In this document: positions 50,301 to 64,000 of the stretch, piece after piece
Layout: the number at the start of each line of letters is the position of its first letter
Numbering within the stretch: position 1 is the stretch's first letter
Assembly: GCA_963717505.1 (NCBI GenBank)
Contig: OY970342.1
Location: 2,656,001 to 2,720,000, forward strand
Origin: Candidatus Eiseniibacteriota bacterium
GTDB lineage: Bacteria > Eisenbacteria > RBG-16-71-46
Direction: 5' to 3'
Length of the DNA stretch: 64,000 nt
Notes under the pieces: model-generated
Seen by the model: only the letters and a program-made list of their open reading frames with translations
Told to the model about the DNA's origin: nothing
Databases searched by the model: none
Translations under genes and position numbers: made by a program

Positions 50301-50604
50301 GGCGGTGCCCAATCCGTACTACAACCGTTCGTCCTACGAGCTGAACCCGTTCAACCGCGTGATCCGGTTCATGAACCTGCCCGAGGTGTGCACGGTCCGG
50401 ATCTTCAACCTGGCCGGGCAGTTGGTGCGCCGTCTCGAGAAGACGGACCCCAACACCTCGATCCTCAACTGGGACGTGCTCACCGAAAGCGGTCTGCCGG
50501 TGGGCAGCGGCGTCTACATCTTCCACGTTCAGGCTTCTGGAGGCGGCGAGTATCGATCGAAACTCGTCGTCTTCATGGAGAAAGAACGTCTGAATAGCTA
50601 TTGA
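47382..50604 (+). CDS. Large secreted protein with T9SS-type C-terminal sorting domain (heavily frameshifted)
   Basis: AGGAGG RBS and signal peptide. Fragments IDINQINMFVTN, WSDPDLG, DRRMMLSSGPFTMAPGDSQE, FEGYNVYQ and NGTEYFFAVTSY. Tail IRAVPNPYY...IRFMNLP..CTVRIFNLAGQLVR...WD..TESGLPVGSGVYIFHV. Confidence 0.75.
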
Positions 50605-50653
50605 GAGGGCCGGAACGATGACCGTGCACAGAGAAGCGAAAGGAGGCCGGACG

Positions 50654-51733
50654 ATGAACCGGCTCATGATTCGGACGCTCGGTCTCGCGGTCCTGCTCGT
50701 CCTCGCGGCGACGACCGCGTGGGCGGGCTCGGGGGAACGCAAGGGCACGAGCGGCGCCACGGAACTGCTGATTCCGGTCGGCGCCCGCGGCTCGGCCCTG
50801 GGCGGAACCGCGACCAGCAACGTCAGCGGGATCGAGGCGACCTTCTGGAATCCCGCGGGACTCGGGACGCTCGAAGGCACCGAGGCCCTGTTCACCCACA
50901 CCCAGTACATCGCCGACATGTCGGTCAACTACGCCGCGATTGCGGTCAAGTCCGGCGGCTTCGGCACCCTGGGATTCAGCGCCAAGGTGCTGTCGATCGG
51001 CGACATCATCGTGACCACGGAGCAGGCACCCGACGGCACCGGCGAGATCATGTCGCCGACCTTCGGCGTGTTCGGCGTGTCGTGGGGCCGTCAGTTCACG
51101 GACCGCGTGCAGTTCGGGGCCGGGGTCAACTACGTCAACGAATCGATCGGCAGCGCCAGGGCTTCGGGCGTCGCCTTCGATTTCGGCTTGCAGTACCTGA
51201 CCGGCTTCAGCGGTCTCCAGTTCGGCATCGTGATGAAAAACTTCGGCACCACCATGTCGTTCGATGGCGCCGACTTTGACAACACGCTGCAGCCGCCGAG
51301 CGGCGATCCATCTCAGGAGAACCGGACCTACCGTTCGACGTCGTCGTCGTTCGAGATGCCGTCGTACTTCACGTTGTCGGCGAACTACGACCTGCTGAAC
51401 GGGAACCAGCAGCGGCTCGCGATCCTGGGTGCGTTCTCGAACAACAATTTCTCGTTCGACGACCTGACCGGCGGACTCGAGTGGGTCTACCGCGACGACT
51501 ACGCACTTCGGGCCTCGTACTTCACCTCGTTCGGCAGCACCACCGATGCGAATGGCGAGGACGCCGGAGTCGAATTCGAGAGCGGCAACGATCTGTACTC
51601 GGGCTTCGCGCTCGGGGCCGGAGCCAAGTTCCGCGCCGGCGACACCGGCAAGATCGGGGTCGACCTGTCGTGGCGGCCGGTGACCGAGTTCTTCGAGGAC
51701 GTGGTCGAGTTCGGCTTCAGCCTGACGTTCTAG
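50654..51733 (+). CDS. PorV/PorQ family outer-membrane protein
   Basis: AGGAGG RBS, signal peptide, GTSGATELLIPVGARGSALGG..A.FWNPAGL, AFDFGLQY, KNFG and C-terminal FSLTF. Confidence 0.85.
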   Translation: MNRLMIRTLGLAVLLVLAATTAWAGSGERKGTSGATELLIPVGARGSALGGTATSNVSGIEATFWNPAGLGTLEGTEALFTHTQYIADMSVNYAAIAVKSGGFGTLGFSAKVLSIGDIIVTTEQAPDGTGEIMSPTFGVFGVSWGRQFTDRVQFGAGVNYVNESIGSARASGVAFDFGLQYLTGFSGLQFGIVMKNFGTTMSFDGADFDNTLQPPSGDPSQENRTYRSTSSSFEMPSYFTLSANYDLLNGNQQRLAILGAFSNNNFSFDDLTGGLEWVYRDDYALRASYFTSFGSTTDANGEDAGVEFESGNDLYSGFALGAGAKFRAGDTGKIGVDLSWRPVTEFFEDVVEFGFSLTF

Positions 51734-51764
51734 CCCGCGCCCCGCAGGCGGGGCTGGACGCGAG

Positions 51765-51793
51765 CGGCCCGCGGCGAACGCCGCGGGCCGTTT
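51765..51793. terminator. Hairpin between convergent porV-like and gdh genes
   Basis: CGGCCCGCGGC-GAAC-GCCGCGGGCCG-TTT. Confidence 0.65.
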
Positions 51794-51820
51794 CGTTGCC
51801 GCCGGGAGGGCGCGGCGGGT

Positions 51821-53096
51821 TCAGGCGTAGACGCCGCGCAGCATGATGACCTTGACCACGCGCTCGATCGCGACCATGAACGCCGCGACGCGCATGTTGA
51901 CCTTGTGCTCGATGTGACTTGCCGAGCACGTCGCGGAACGCGCGCACCATGTACTGCTCGAGGCGCTCGTTGACCTCTTCCTCGGGCCAGTAGAAGCCGC
52001 TGCGGTTCTGCACCCACTCGAAGTAGGAGACGGTGACCCCGCCCGAGTTGCACAGGATGTCGGGGATCACGAACACGCCCTTGCCGTCGAGGATGCGGTC
52101 GGCGTCCGGGGTGGTCGGCCCGTTGGCGCCTTCGGCGACGATCCGCGCCTTGACCCGGTCGGCGTTCTCGCTGGGTGATCTGGTTCTCGAGCGCGGCGGC
52201 ACCAGGATGTCGCAGTCGTACTCGACGATCGGTGTGGTCAGCGGCTGGCTGCCGGGGAAGCCCGACGACGCCGCGGCGGTCGGTGACGTAGCGGATCAGC
52301 GCCGGGACGTCGAGGCCCGTCGGGGTTGTGGATCGCGCCCGAGACGTCGGACACCGCCACGATCTTGGCGCCTTCGCGCGCCATCAGGTCGGCCGACGAC
52401 CGAGCCCACGTTGCCGAAGCCCTGGACCGCGACCCGCGCTCCGGCGAGCGGCACGCTTGAGATGGCGGCACGCCTCGCGCACGCAGAACAGCACGCCGCG
52501 CCCGGTCGCTTCGCGACGTCCGAGCGAGCCGCCCAGCTCGAGCGGCTTGCCGGTGACCACCGCGGTCTCGGTGCGCCGCTCGTGCATCGAGTAGGTGTCC
52601 ATGAACCACGCCATCACCTGTTCGTTGGTGTTGACGTCCGGAGCCGGGACGTCGCTCTCGGGACCGAACAGATCCGACAGGTCGGCCGCGTAGCGACGGG
52701 TCAGTCGTTCGAGTTCGCCCTTCGACAGTTTGCGCGGGATCGCACGCGATCCCGCCCTTGCCGCCGCCGAACGGGAATGTTGACCACCGCGCACTTCCAG
52801 GTCATCCACGCGGCCAGCGCCTCGACTTCCTCGAGCGTGACGTCCGGGTGATAGCGGATTCCGCCCTTGGCCGGACCACGCACGATCGAGTGCTGGACGC
52901 GGTAGCCGGTGAACACGCGGAACGTGCCGTCGTCCATCTGGATGGGCAGCGAGACGATGGTGGCACGCCGTGGCTTCTTGATGACTTCCTTGATGCCTTC
53001 CGGGAGGCTCAGGCGGGCCGCGGCTTCCTCGAACTGGCGCTCGGCGTTGGCGAGCGGGTTGAGTTCCTTCTGCTTGTTGACTCCCTCGACGTGCAC
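51821..53096 (-). CDS. gdhA: Glu/Leu/Phe/Val dehydrogenase, glutamate dehydrogenase type (frameshifted)
   Basis: [60 protein letters not shown] and [12 protein letters not shown]. Confidence 0.9.
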
Positions 53097-53223
53097 GTGA
53101 GGCTCCTGATCGGGGCGCGGTGCCGAGGCGCCGCGGCTGGAAGGACTTGGGCCCGGAGCGGGCGGATTCAGCGCCGGAGTATAGACACGCTCCCCAAGCC
53201 GGCCAACCTCGTGGTGACGAACG

Positions 53224-54006
53224 TCAGGGCCTTTGGCTGACGAGGTTCTTCGTCCGGTCTGGGCGTAGGGGCGAGTAGTAGAGGGCGCGCACCATGCCCC
53301 AGGTCGCCTTGCGCTCGGGGTTGGTCGCCAGCGCCGCGGTCGTGGTCGAACCGGCGACCACACCGGCCGCATCGACCGTCTCGTCCTCGATTCGTTCGAT
53401 GTACCAGCGCGTGCTGTCCGGCCGGAAGCCGCGGTCGAACAGCTCGTCGGGGATCAGCGCCGAGTCGCCGCGCACCGCGAAGATGCGGGTGATGCCGGTG
53501 ACCTCGAGGTCGGGCTGCTCGAGCCGCAGCGTGGTCTGGGCGGCGATCTCCTTGTGCCATTTTCGATTCTTGCCCGGCCGGCTGTCGGACTGCGCCGTCA
53601 TGTTGTCCTCGAAGGTCAACGAGATGCTGATCGGTGGTGGCTCGGTGGCGCTGCCGCGCACGAAGATGTTCTCGGAGATCTCCAGCTCTTCGTCGCGGTT
53701 GAGCGCGCGGTCGCGGAACGCGTTGCCGGCCTCGTCGGTGAGGCCGAAGGCGAACAGATAGTCCTCGGTGAACAGCTCGCGGTACACCTGGGGATCGCGA
53801 CTGTTCCAGCACCACTCGTAGAGGCGCACGATGCCGATCGGGGAGTCGGGCGCGGGCGGCGGCTGAACCACACCGGCCACGTCGGCCACCCTGGGGCTGA
53901 AGGGGTTGAAACAGCCGGCGCTCGAAAGGGCCAAGACGGTCGACAGCGCCGCCTGCCGCAGAAATCGTCCGCGGATCGTGGCCGCTCGTTCGCGAATCGG
54001 GCTCAT
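53224..54006 (-). CDS. Uncharacterised lipoprotein (possible NTF2/SnoaL-like fold)
   Basis: Lipobox SAGC-FNPFSP; Y.ELFTEDYLF.F; WYIERIED. Confidence 0.65.
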   Translation of the reverse strand: MSPIRERAATIRGRFLRQAALSTVLALSSAGCFNPFSPRVADVAGVVQPPPAPDSPIGIVRLYEWCWNSRDPQVYRELFTEDYLFAFGLTDEAGNAFRDRALNRDEELEISENIFVRGSATEPPPISISLTFEDNMTAQSDSRPGKNRKWHKEIAAQTTLRLEQPDLEVTGITRIFAVRGDSALIPDELFDRGFRPDSTRWYIERIEDETVDAAGVVAGSTTTAALATNPERKATWGMVRALYYSPLRPDRTKNLVSQRP

Positions 54007-54640
54007 CGGGATCCATCCAGCCGGCGTCGGCCGATACAGATTTCACCTTCGGCGACGATCGCCGTCGGATCCTCGCGGTCCTGCCAGCGAACGATCACCC
54101 AGCGCGTCGCGGACATGCGGATGAACTCGAGCGTAGCGAACCCCTTCGCAATCGGGATCTCGTCTCCCGACGTCAGCGTGGCGAATGCCTGATACTGGCG
54201 ATGCAGCACCTGCCGGTCCGTGCCCGTCTCGTCTTCGCCTTGGGTCGGGTCCGGATCCCATTCCATGGAGAACACCGAATTCGCGGGCACCTCCGACAGG
54301 GTGACGAACCCTGAGAAGAACTCCTCTTCGCGGATCCGGTTCCAGTCGGCGGGGATCGTGACGCCCGTTTGGTTGGCCCATTGTAGCGTCGTCGGATCGA
54401 AGAACCCATGGTAACCGCGATCGTCCGACAGCGTGTCGGCGAATCCGCCGATGTACGCCGTCACGCCGGAGGCTTTGTAGGAGATGGCCTGCGCCAGGGT
54501 CTCGAGGACGTCCTCCGGCGTTTCGTAGTTCGGGATCAGCGTGTCGCCGCTCGGGGGCTCGGGGTCGGCCGGCCGGAAGTAGCCGCAGCCGCTGGCCACG
54601 ACCGCGCCCAACGCCAGTCCGATCAGCCAGCGGCTCGCGT

Positions 54641-54653
<13 letters not shown>
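54003..54653 (-). CDS. Uncharacterised lipoprotein (possible NTF2/SnoaL-like fold)
   Basis: Lipobox ASGC-GYFRP; TPEDVLETL; WVIVRWQD; ATGA coupling to the next gene. Confidence 0.65.
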
Positions 54654-58949
<4,296 letters not shown>

Positions 58950-58953
<4 letters not shown>

Positions 58954-59462
58954 AGAAGGTTCAGGCGCTGCTGCTGCTCGGGGCCATGGTCCTGCTCCTG
59001 CGCTCGACCGCGCTCACCGCGCTCTCGGCGCGCGGCATCGTCGTCGACGTGCTGGCGTTCGCGACCGTGGTGTGGGCGCTGCGCTATGAAGCCGCCTGGG
59101 GCGCCTCGTTCGGTTTCGCCCTCGGGCTTGCCGCCGACCTCGACGCGGCTCACGGTCTGGGCCGGCACGCGTTGGCCCTGAGCCTGATCGGCTACGCTGC
59201 CGGGAGACTGGCGCGCACGCTGGTGCGCGACAGCCTGCGCACCCAGTACGTCATGCTGTTGCTCGCGACCGTGGTCCACCAGACGTGGTCGGTGGCATTC
59301 GATCTCGGCAGCATCAACGCGTGGCGATACCTGGGCGAACGCGTACTGCTGGCTGCGATCGTCACCCCGCCGCTGGGGGTCCTGCTCCTGTACGGCCTGC
59401 GCCAGATCCTCGGCCGACCGGTCTTTGGTCATGCGAGCCTCGAGTCCGAACCGTCGATTTAG
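58950..59462 (+). CDS. mreD: Rod shape-determining protein MreD
   Basis: Hydrophobic protein of about 170 aa with GFALGLAADL..GLGRHAL; ATGA overlap with mreC. Confidence 0.82.
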
Positions 59463-61305
59463 GCAGGCCCGCTACCCCGTCTTCGTTTCGGTGGTGGCCA
59501 TGGGCTTCAGCATCGTGTCGATCGGGCTCCTCCGACTGCAGGTCACCCACCACATCGAATACCGGGACCTGGCGAAGGAGAATCACGTCCGTCTCGAGGT
59601 GCTCCGCGCGCCGCGCGGATCGATCTACGACCGGAACGGCGTGCTGCTCGCCGACAGCGCGCCAAGGTTCTCGATCGTGTTCCGTCCGTTTCCGGCCGAG
59701 AGCGCGGCCATGACCCGCGTGACCCAGTCCGCGCAGTGGATCCGCGACGTGGCCGAGTTGGTACAGGTCGATACGGCGGAAGTGCGGGCGGGCGTGACGC
59801 TGGGCAATCGCTCGGGTCAGACCGTCGTGCTGCTGCGGACCGCACCGTTCGAGGTGCGCGCGGCCGTCGAGGAGATGCGGACGGAGCTGCCGGGGGTCGA
59901 GGTCCAGATCGAGCCGCTGCGCCGCTATCCGTATGGGACCGCTCGCGTCGCACCTGCTCGGCTACGCCGGGCAGATCAACGAGCGCGAGCTCGACGTGCG
60001 CCAGGGGCAGGGCTATCGGCCCGGGGACCTGATCGGGCGCACCGGCGTCGAGCGCGTACGAGGACCTGTTGCGCGGCCGCGACGGCGCCGAGTTCGTCGT
60101 GGTCAACGCCATGGGCGCCGGGTGTCGACCTTGAGCGAGGGGCCGCCACGCCTGCCGTTGCCTGGCCACGACCTGGTGCTGACGCTCGACCTGGAAGTCC
60201 AGCTGGCGCTCGAGGAGGTCATGTCGGGAGTCACGCGCGGCGCCGCGGTCGCGATCGACCCGCGCGACGGCGGCATTCTCGGTCTGGTCAGCCGGCCGGC
60301 GTTCGATCCCAACGAGTTCTCGCTCGGAATCACGAGCGAGCGCTGGCGCCTGCTCAACCGCGACGACAATCCCGCTGCTGAACCGGGCGATCCAGGGCGT
60401 CTACCCTCCGGGCTCGACGTTCAAGATCGTCAGCATGCTGGCGTCGCTGCGCAACGGCGTCGCCGAGCCGGCCACGCGTCTCGCGCCGTGCCACGGCGGC
60501 TACCAATTCGGCGCCCGCTGGTTCGGATGCTGGAAACGGGAGGGCCATGGCTCGCTCGACTTCGTCGGGGCGCTCGAGCATTCCTGTGACGTCTACTTCT
60601 ATCAGATCGGACCGAAGCTCGGGCTCGAGCGTCTCGAGGAAACGGCGCGCGCCTTCGGCCTCGGCGAGCGCACCGGCGTCGACCTGCCACAGGAGAAGCA
60701 GGGCCTGGTGCCGGACCAGGCGTGGTACGAGAAGAATTGGGGCAAGCGGTCGCACCAGGCGGTAATGCTCAACCTGGCCATCGGCCAGGGCGAGTTGCTG
60801 GTGACGCCGCTCCAGCTGGCGTTGATGGCGGCGACGGCGGGCAATCTCGGGCGCGTGGTTCGCCCGCACGTCGTCCACGAAGTGCGGGGTGTGCCCGAAT
60901 TCGTCAAGCCGCGTTCGGGTCGCGCCCGGGTCACCGCGAGCGCCGAGGACTGGGCGGCGCTGCGGCTCGGACTCGAAAACGTGGTCAGCTCGGGGACCGG
61001 ACGCGGGGCCCAGGTGCCGGGAATTCACGTCGCCGGCAAGACCGGCACGGCACAGAATCCGCACGGCCAGGATCACGCGCTGTTCGTCTGCTACGCACCG
61101 GCCGAAAACCCGACCATCGCCCTGGCGATCGTGGTCGAGAACGCGGGCATGGCGGGAGCGTGGCGGCGCCGATGGCCGGTCGGGCGCTCGGCAGGCTGTT
61201 CCTGTCGGACTCGCTCATGCCGCCTACTACCTGAAGCCGCGCCCGGTGGCGCGGCGCGACACCACACCCACCGCCACGGAATCCGGGGACTACATTGGCG
61301 ACTAG
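59431..61305 (+). CDS. mrdA: Penicillin-binding protein 2 (frameshifted)
   Basis: APRGSIYDRNG, RRYPYG, LTLDLEVQ, YPPGSTFK (SxxK), SCDVYFY and AGKTGTAQ. Confidence 0.9.
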
Positions 61306-62554
61306 AGCAGGAGGTTTTGGCCAGGCGCTGTCGCGCGTGCGTTTCCCGCCGCTCGATTGGGTCCTGGTGTGGTCTTCGATCGGGCTGATCGCCATCGGGC
61401 TCGCCATGGTCTACAGCGCGACCTCGGTGCCCGGCGTGCACCACGGGCTGTGGATCAAACAGCTGATGTGGGCGATCGGCGCTCTGGCCGCCACGTGGCT
61501 GGCGGCCAGCATCCCGTACCGGGTCTACGATTCGCTGGCCTATCCGCTCTACGTGATCTCGCTGATCCTGCTCGCGCTGGTGCTGGTGATCGGCACGAGC
61601 GCGTTCGGCGCCAAGCGCTGGCTCGACCTCGGACCGATGAACTTCCAGCCGTCCGAGTTGGCCAAGATCGCGACCGTGCTGGTGCTGGCGCGGCGCTTCG
61701 ACGACCCCAAGCTCGATCTGTCGCGCATCCGCGACTGGCTGCCGCCGTTGCTGATCGTGCTGGTCCCGTTCGGTTGGTCGCCCAAGGAGCCCGACCTCGG
61801 CACCTCGCTCGCGTTCCCGATCATGCTGATCGCCATGTACTTCTGGGCGGGAATGCCGGTGCCGCAACTGGTGCTCGGCCTCTCGCCGGTCCTCAACGTC
61901 GTCCTGTTCTGCGATCACCGGCTCGCTGTGGTGGTTCGGCGCCCTGCTCGCCGGGTTGCTCCTGCTGTTCCGGCCGCGGCTGCCTTCACTGCTCGCGGTG
62001 CTCGCTGCTCAACAGCGCGGTGTCGCGGTACGCCATGCCGCACCTGTGGAACGGACTGCACGACTACCAGAAGCGGCGCATCGAGACCTTCCTCAACCCC
62101 GGCCAGGACCCGCACGGCGCGGGCTACCAGATCATCCAGTCGCGAGATCGCGATCGGCTCGGGCGGTGTGACCGGCAAGGGCTATTTCGCGGGACCGCAG
62201 AAGGCGCTGGCGTTCCTGCCCATGCGACACACCGACTTCGTGTACTCGGTGGTGGGCGAGGAGCTCGGTCTGATCGGCGCGTTGACCGTGGTGATACTCT
62301 ACGCGCTGCTCATCATGCGCGGGCTATCGGGCTGCGCTCGTCGGCGCCGCAACGGGTTCGCGAGCCTGATGGCGGTGGGGCTCGTGACTGCGCTCTTCTA
62401 CCACATCATGGTGAACATGCTGATGACGATCGGCTGGGCGCCGGTCACCGGCTTGCCCTTGCCGCTGCTCTCGTACGGCGGAACCGCGCTGCTGGTCAAC
62501 GGCATCCAGATCGGCCTGCTGCAGAACGTCGCCCTGCGCCGCCAGGAGTTCTGA
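61295..62554 (+). CDS. rodA: Rod shape-determining protein RodA (frameshifted)
   Basis: GAKRWLDLG..FQPSELAK, EPDLGTS, YQKRRI, IAIGSGG, FLPMRHTDF and TGLPLPLLSYGG. Confidence 0.92.
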   Translation: MATRAGGFGQALSRVRFPPLDWVLVWSSIGLIAIGLAMVYSATSVPGVHHGLWIKQLMWAIGALAATWLAASIPYRVYDSLAYPLYVISLILLALVLVIGTSAFGAKRWLDLGPMNFQPSELAKIATVLVLARRFDDPKLDLSRIRDWLPPLLIVLVPFGWSPKEPDLGTSLAFPIMLIAMYFWAGMPVPQLVLGLSPVLNVVLFCDHRLAVVVRRPARRVAPAVPAAAAFTARGARCSTARCRGTPCRTCGTDCTTTRSGASRPSSTPARTRTARATRSSSREIAIGSGGVTGKGYFAGPQKALAFLPMRHTDFVYSVVGEELGLIGALTVVILYALLIMRGLSGCARRRRNGFASLMAVGLVTALFYHIMVNMLMTIGWAPVTGLPLPLLSYGGTALLVNGIQIGLLQNVALRRQEF

Positions 62555-62555
62555 C

Positions 62556-63390
62556 GTGTTCCCCGACATCGTCCATTGGGGGCCGCTGCACATCCGCTCG
62601 TACGGGCTGATGCTGGCGATCGCGTTCCTGGTCGGCACGCTGGCTCGGCCTGCGCGAGGCTCGCCGGCGTCGACTCGACGAGGACCACCTGGTCACCGTG
62701 ATCCTGGTCATCGCTGATCGCTTCGGTGCTCGGGGCCCGCGCGCTGTACGTGCTCGAGCACCTGCGACGAGTTCCGGCACGACTGGGGCCGCGTGCTCGC
62801 GGTCTGGCAGGGCGGGCTCACGCTCTACGGCGGCGTGGTCGCTGGAACCCTGGCCGGGCTGATCACCGCGCGGCGCCTGGGCCTGCCGATGTGGAAGACC
62901 GCGGACGCGCTGACCCCCTCGTTGGCGCTCGGCACCGCGTTCGGCCGGGTCGGCTGCTTCCTGAACGGGTGCTGCTACGGTCATCCGACGTCGACTGCCG
63001 TGGGGCGTGGTCTATCCGCCCGACTCGTTCCCCGCCCTCGAGTTCGGCGCCGCGCCGCTCCATCCCTCGCAGCTCTACAACGCGCTGTTCGGTCTCGCTC
63101 TGTTTGCCGTCCTATGGGCCACGCGGAGGCGCTTCACCACGCCCGGCGTCTTGTTCTGGACGTTTCTGGTCGCCTTCGCTCTCGGACGCATCGTGCTCGA
63201 TGGCTGGCGTGCCTATGAGCCGGGCGCGCTGCTGTTGTCGCTCGGAGGGGTGGAGATCACCGAGAGCCAGGTGATGAGCGCCGCGATGGCGCTGTTCGGC
63301 GTGTTGATGATCGCCCGCCGGCGGCGGGCGTCGAGTCCGACCGCCATGGCTTCGCTGCCGGAGACGCCCCCGCCGTCGGGAGCCGGGTGA
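62556..63390 (+). CDS. lgt: Prolipoprotein diacylglyceryl transferase (frameshifted)
   Basis: IRSYGLML, GARALYV, WQGGLTLYGG, GRVGCFLNGCCYG and LHPSQLY. Confidence 0.9.
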
Positions 63391-64000
63391 GCGATCCGGT
63401 TCGCCTCGCCGTTCTCGGCGATCCGCTGGAATACACGCTGTCGCCGGTGCTCCACCGCGCGGGCCTGGCCGCGGCCGGGCTCGACGGCGAATCCTCGGCC
63501 TTGCGCACCTCGGCTGCCGACTTGAGGGAGCGACTCGCGGAGCTGGCTCGATCCGGGTATCGCGGCGTCAACCTGACGCACCCGCACAAGCAGGCGGCCT
63601 GCGCCGCGGTCGATCGATGCAGCAACGCAGCGGTGCGGGCGCAATCGGTCAATACGATCGGATTCGAACCCGGCGCCTGGTGGGGCGACACCACGGACGG
63701 CATCGGTTGCATCGACCTGCTCGAGAGTCTCGATCGACGAGTGTCCGGAACGCGGGTCGTGCTGATCGGCGCCGGCGGAGCCGCGCGTGCCCTGGCCGTC
63801 GCGCTGGTCGACGCCGGGGCCCGGGTGAGTTTCCTGGCGCGGCGCCCCGATGCGCTCGCGGGTGGCGCAATCCCGGGCGTTTCGATCGTGGCGTTGGACG
63901 GCGACGCGGCCGATGCGAGCCTCGGCAACGCCGACGTGGTGATCAATGCCACGACCGTGTCGACGGCACGCGCGCCGGTCGATCCCGCGCGCCTGGCGCG
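63387..64000 (+). CDS. aroE: Shikimate dehydrogenase (3' truncated by window edge; absent from the ORF track)
   Basis: GTG at 63387: MSDPVRLAVLGDPLEYTLSPVLH...GVNLTHPHK...SVNTI...GDTTDG...IGAGGAARA...VINATT. Confidence 0.88.
   Translation, partial: MSDPVRLAVLGDPLEYTLSPVLHRAGLAAAGLDGESSALRTSAADLRERLAELARSGYRGVNLTHPHKQAACAAVDRCSNAAVRAQSVNTIGFEPGAWWGDTTDGIGCIDLLESLDRRVSGTRVVLIGAGGAARALAVALVDAGARVSFLARRPDALAGGAIPGVSIVALDGDAADASLGNADVVINATTVSTARAPVDPARLA

Overview
GC-rich chromosomal window from a diderm bacterium. Several secreted proteins with FlgD-Ig/T9SS-like C-terminal domains, a PorV/PorQ-family barrel and a GWxTD-type protein suggest the FCB group (Ca. Eisenbacteria-like); this is inference only. 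Housekeeping genes include suhB, a UvrD-nuclease fusion, gltX with tRNA-Gln and tRNA-Glu, ileS, a deoxynucleoside kinase, gdh and mreBCD-mrdA-rodA-lgt-aroE. Many of these carry indel frameshifts that look like consensus errors. Accessory content includes C25 and M6 secreted proteases, a partial EPS locus with PrsK/PrsR, an OMP + TonB receptor + CTD protein + PorV cluster, and a barrel + two-lipoprotein operon. The most unusual structure is an integrase-free gene array behind tRNA-Glu(CTC), about 13.2-22.1 kb. The tRNA has an exact 33-bp duplication running from the anticodon loop through the T-arm. Decayed copies of its 3' end separate the downstream gene blocks, and a DinB gene is duplicated next to that sequence. 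The only gene in the opposite orientation is bracketed by inverted copies of the tRNA end. Other leads are sigma28-like promoter motifs before a pseudopilin, mreB and EPS genes, a CapD fused to a phosphoglycosyltransferase domain with altered catalytic motifs, an IleRS with HMGT/AMHKS motifs, and a 39-codon uORF before the TonB receptor. All calls come from reading the sequence; no searches were run.
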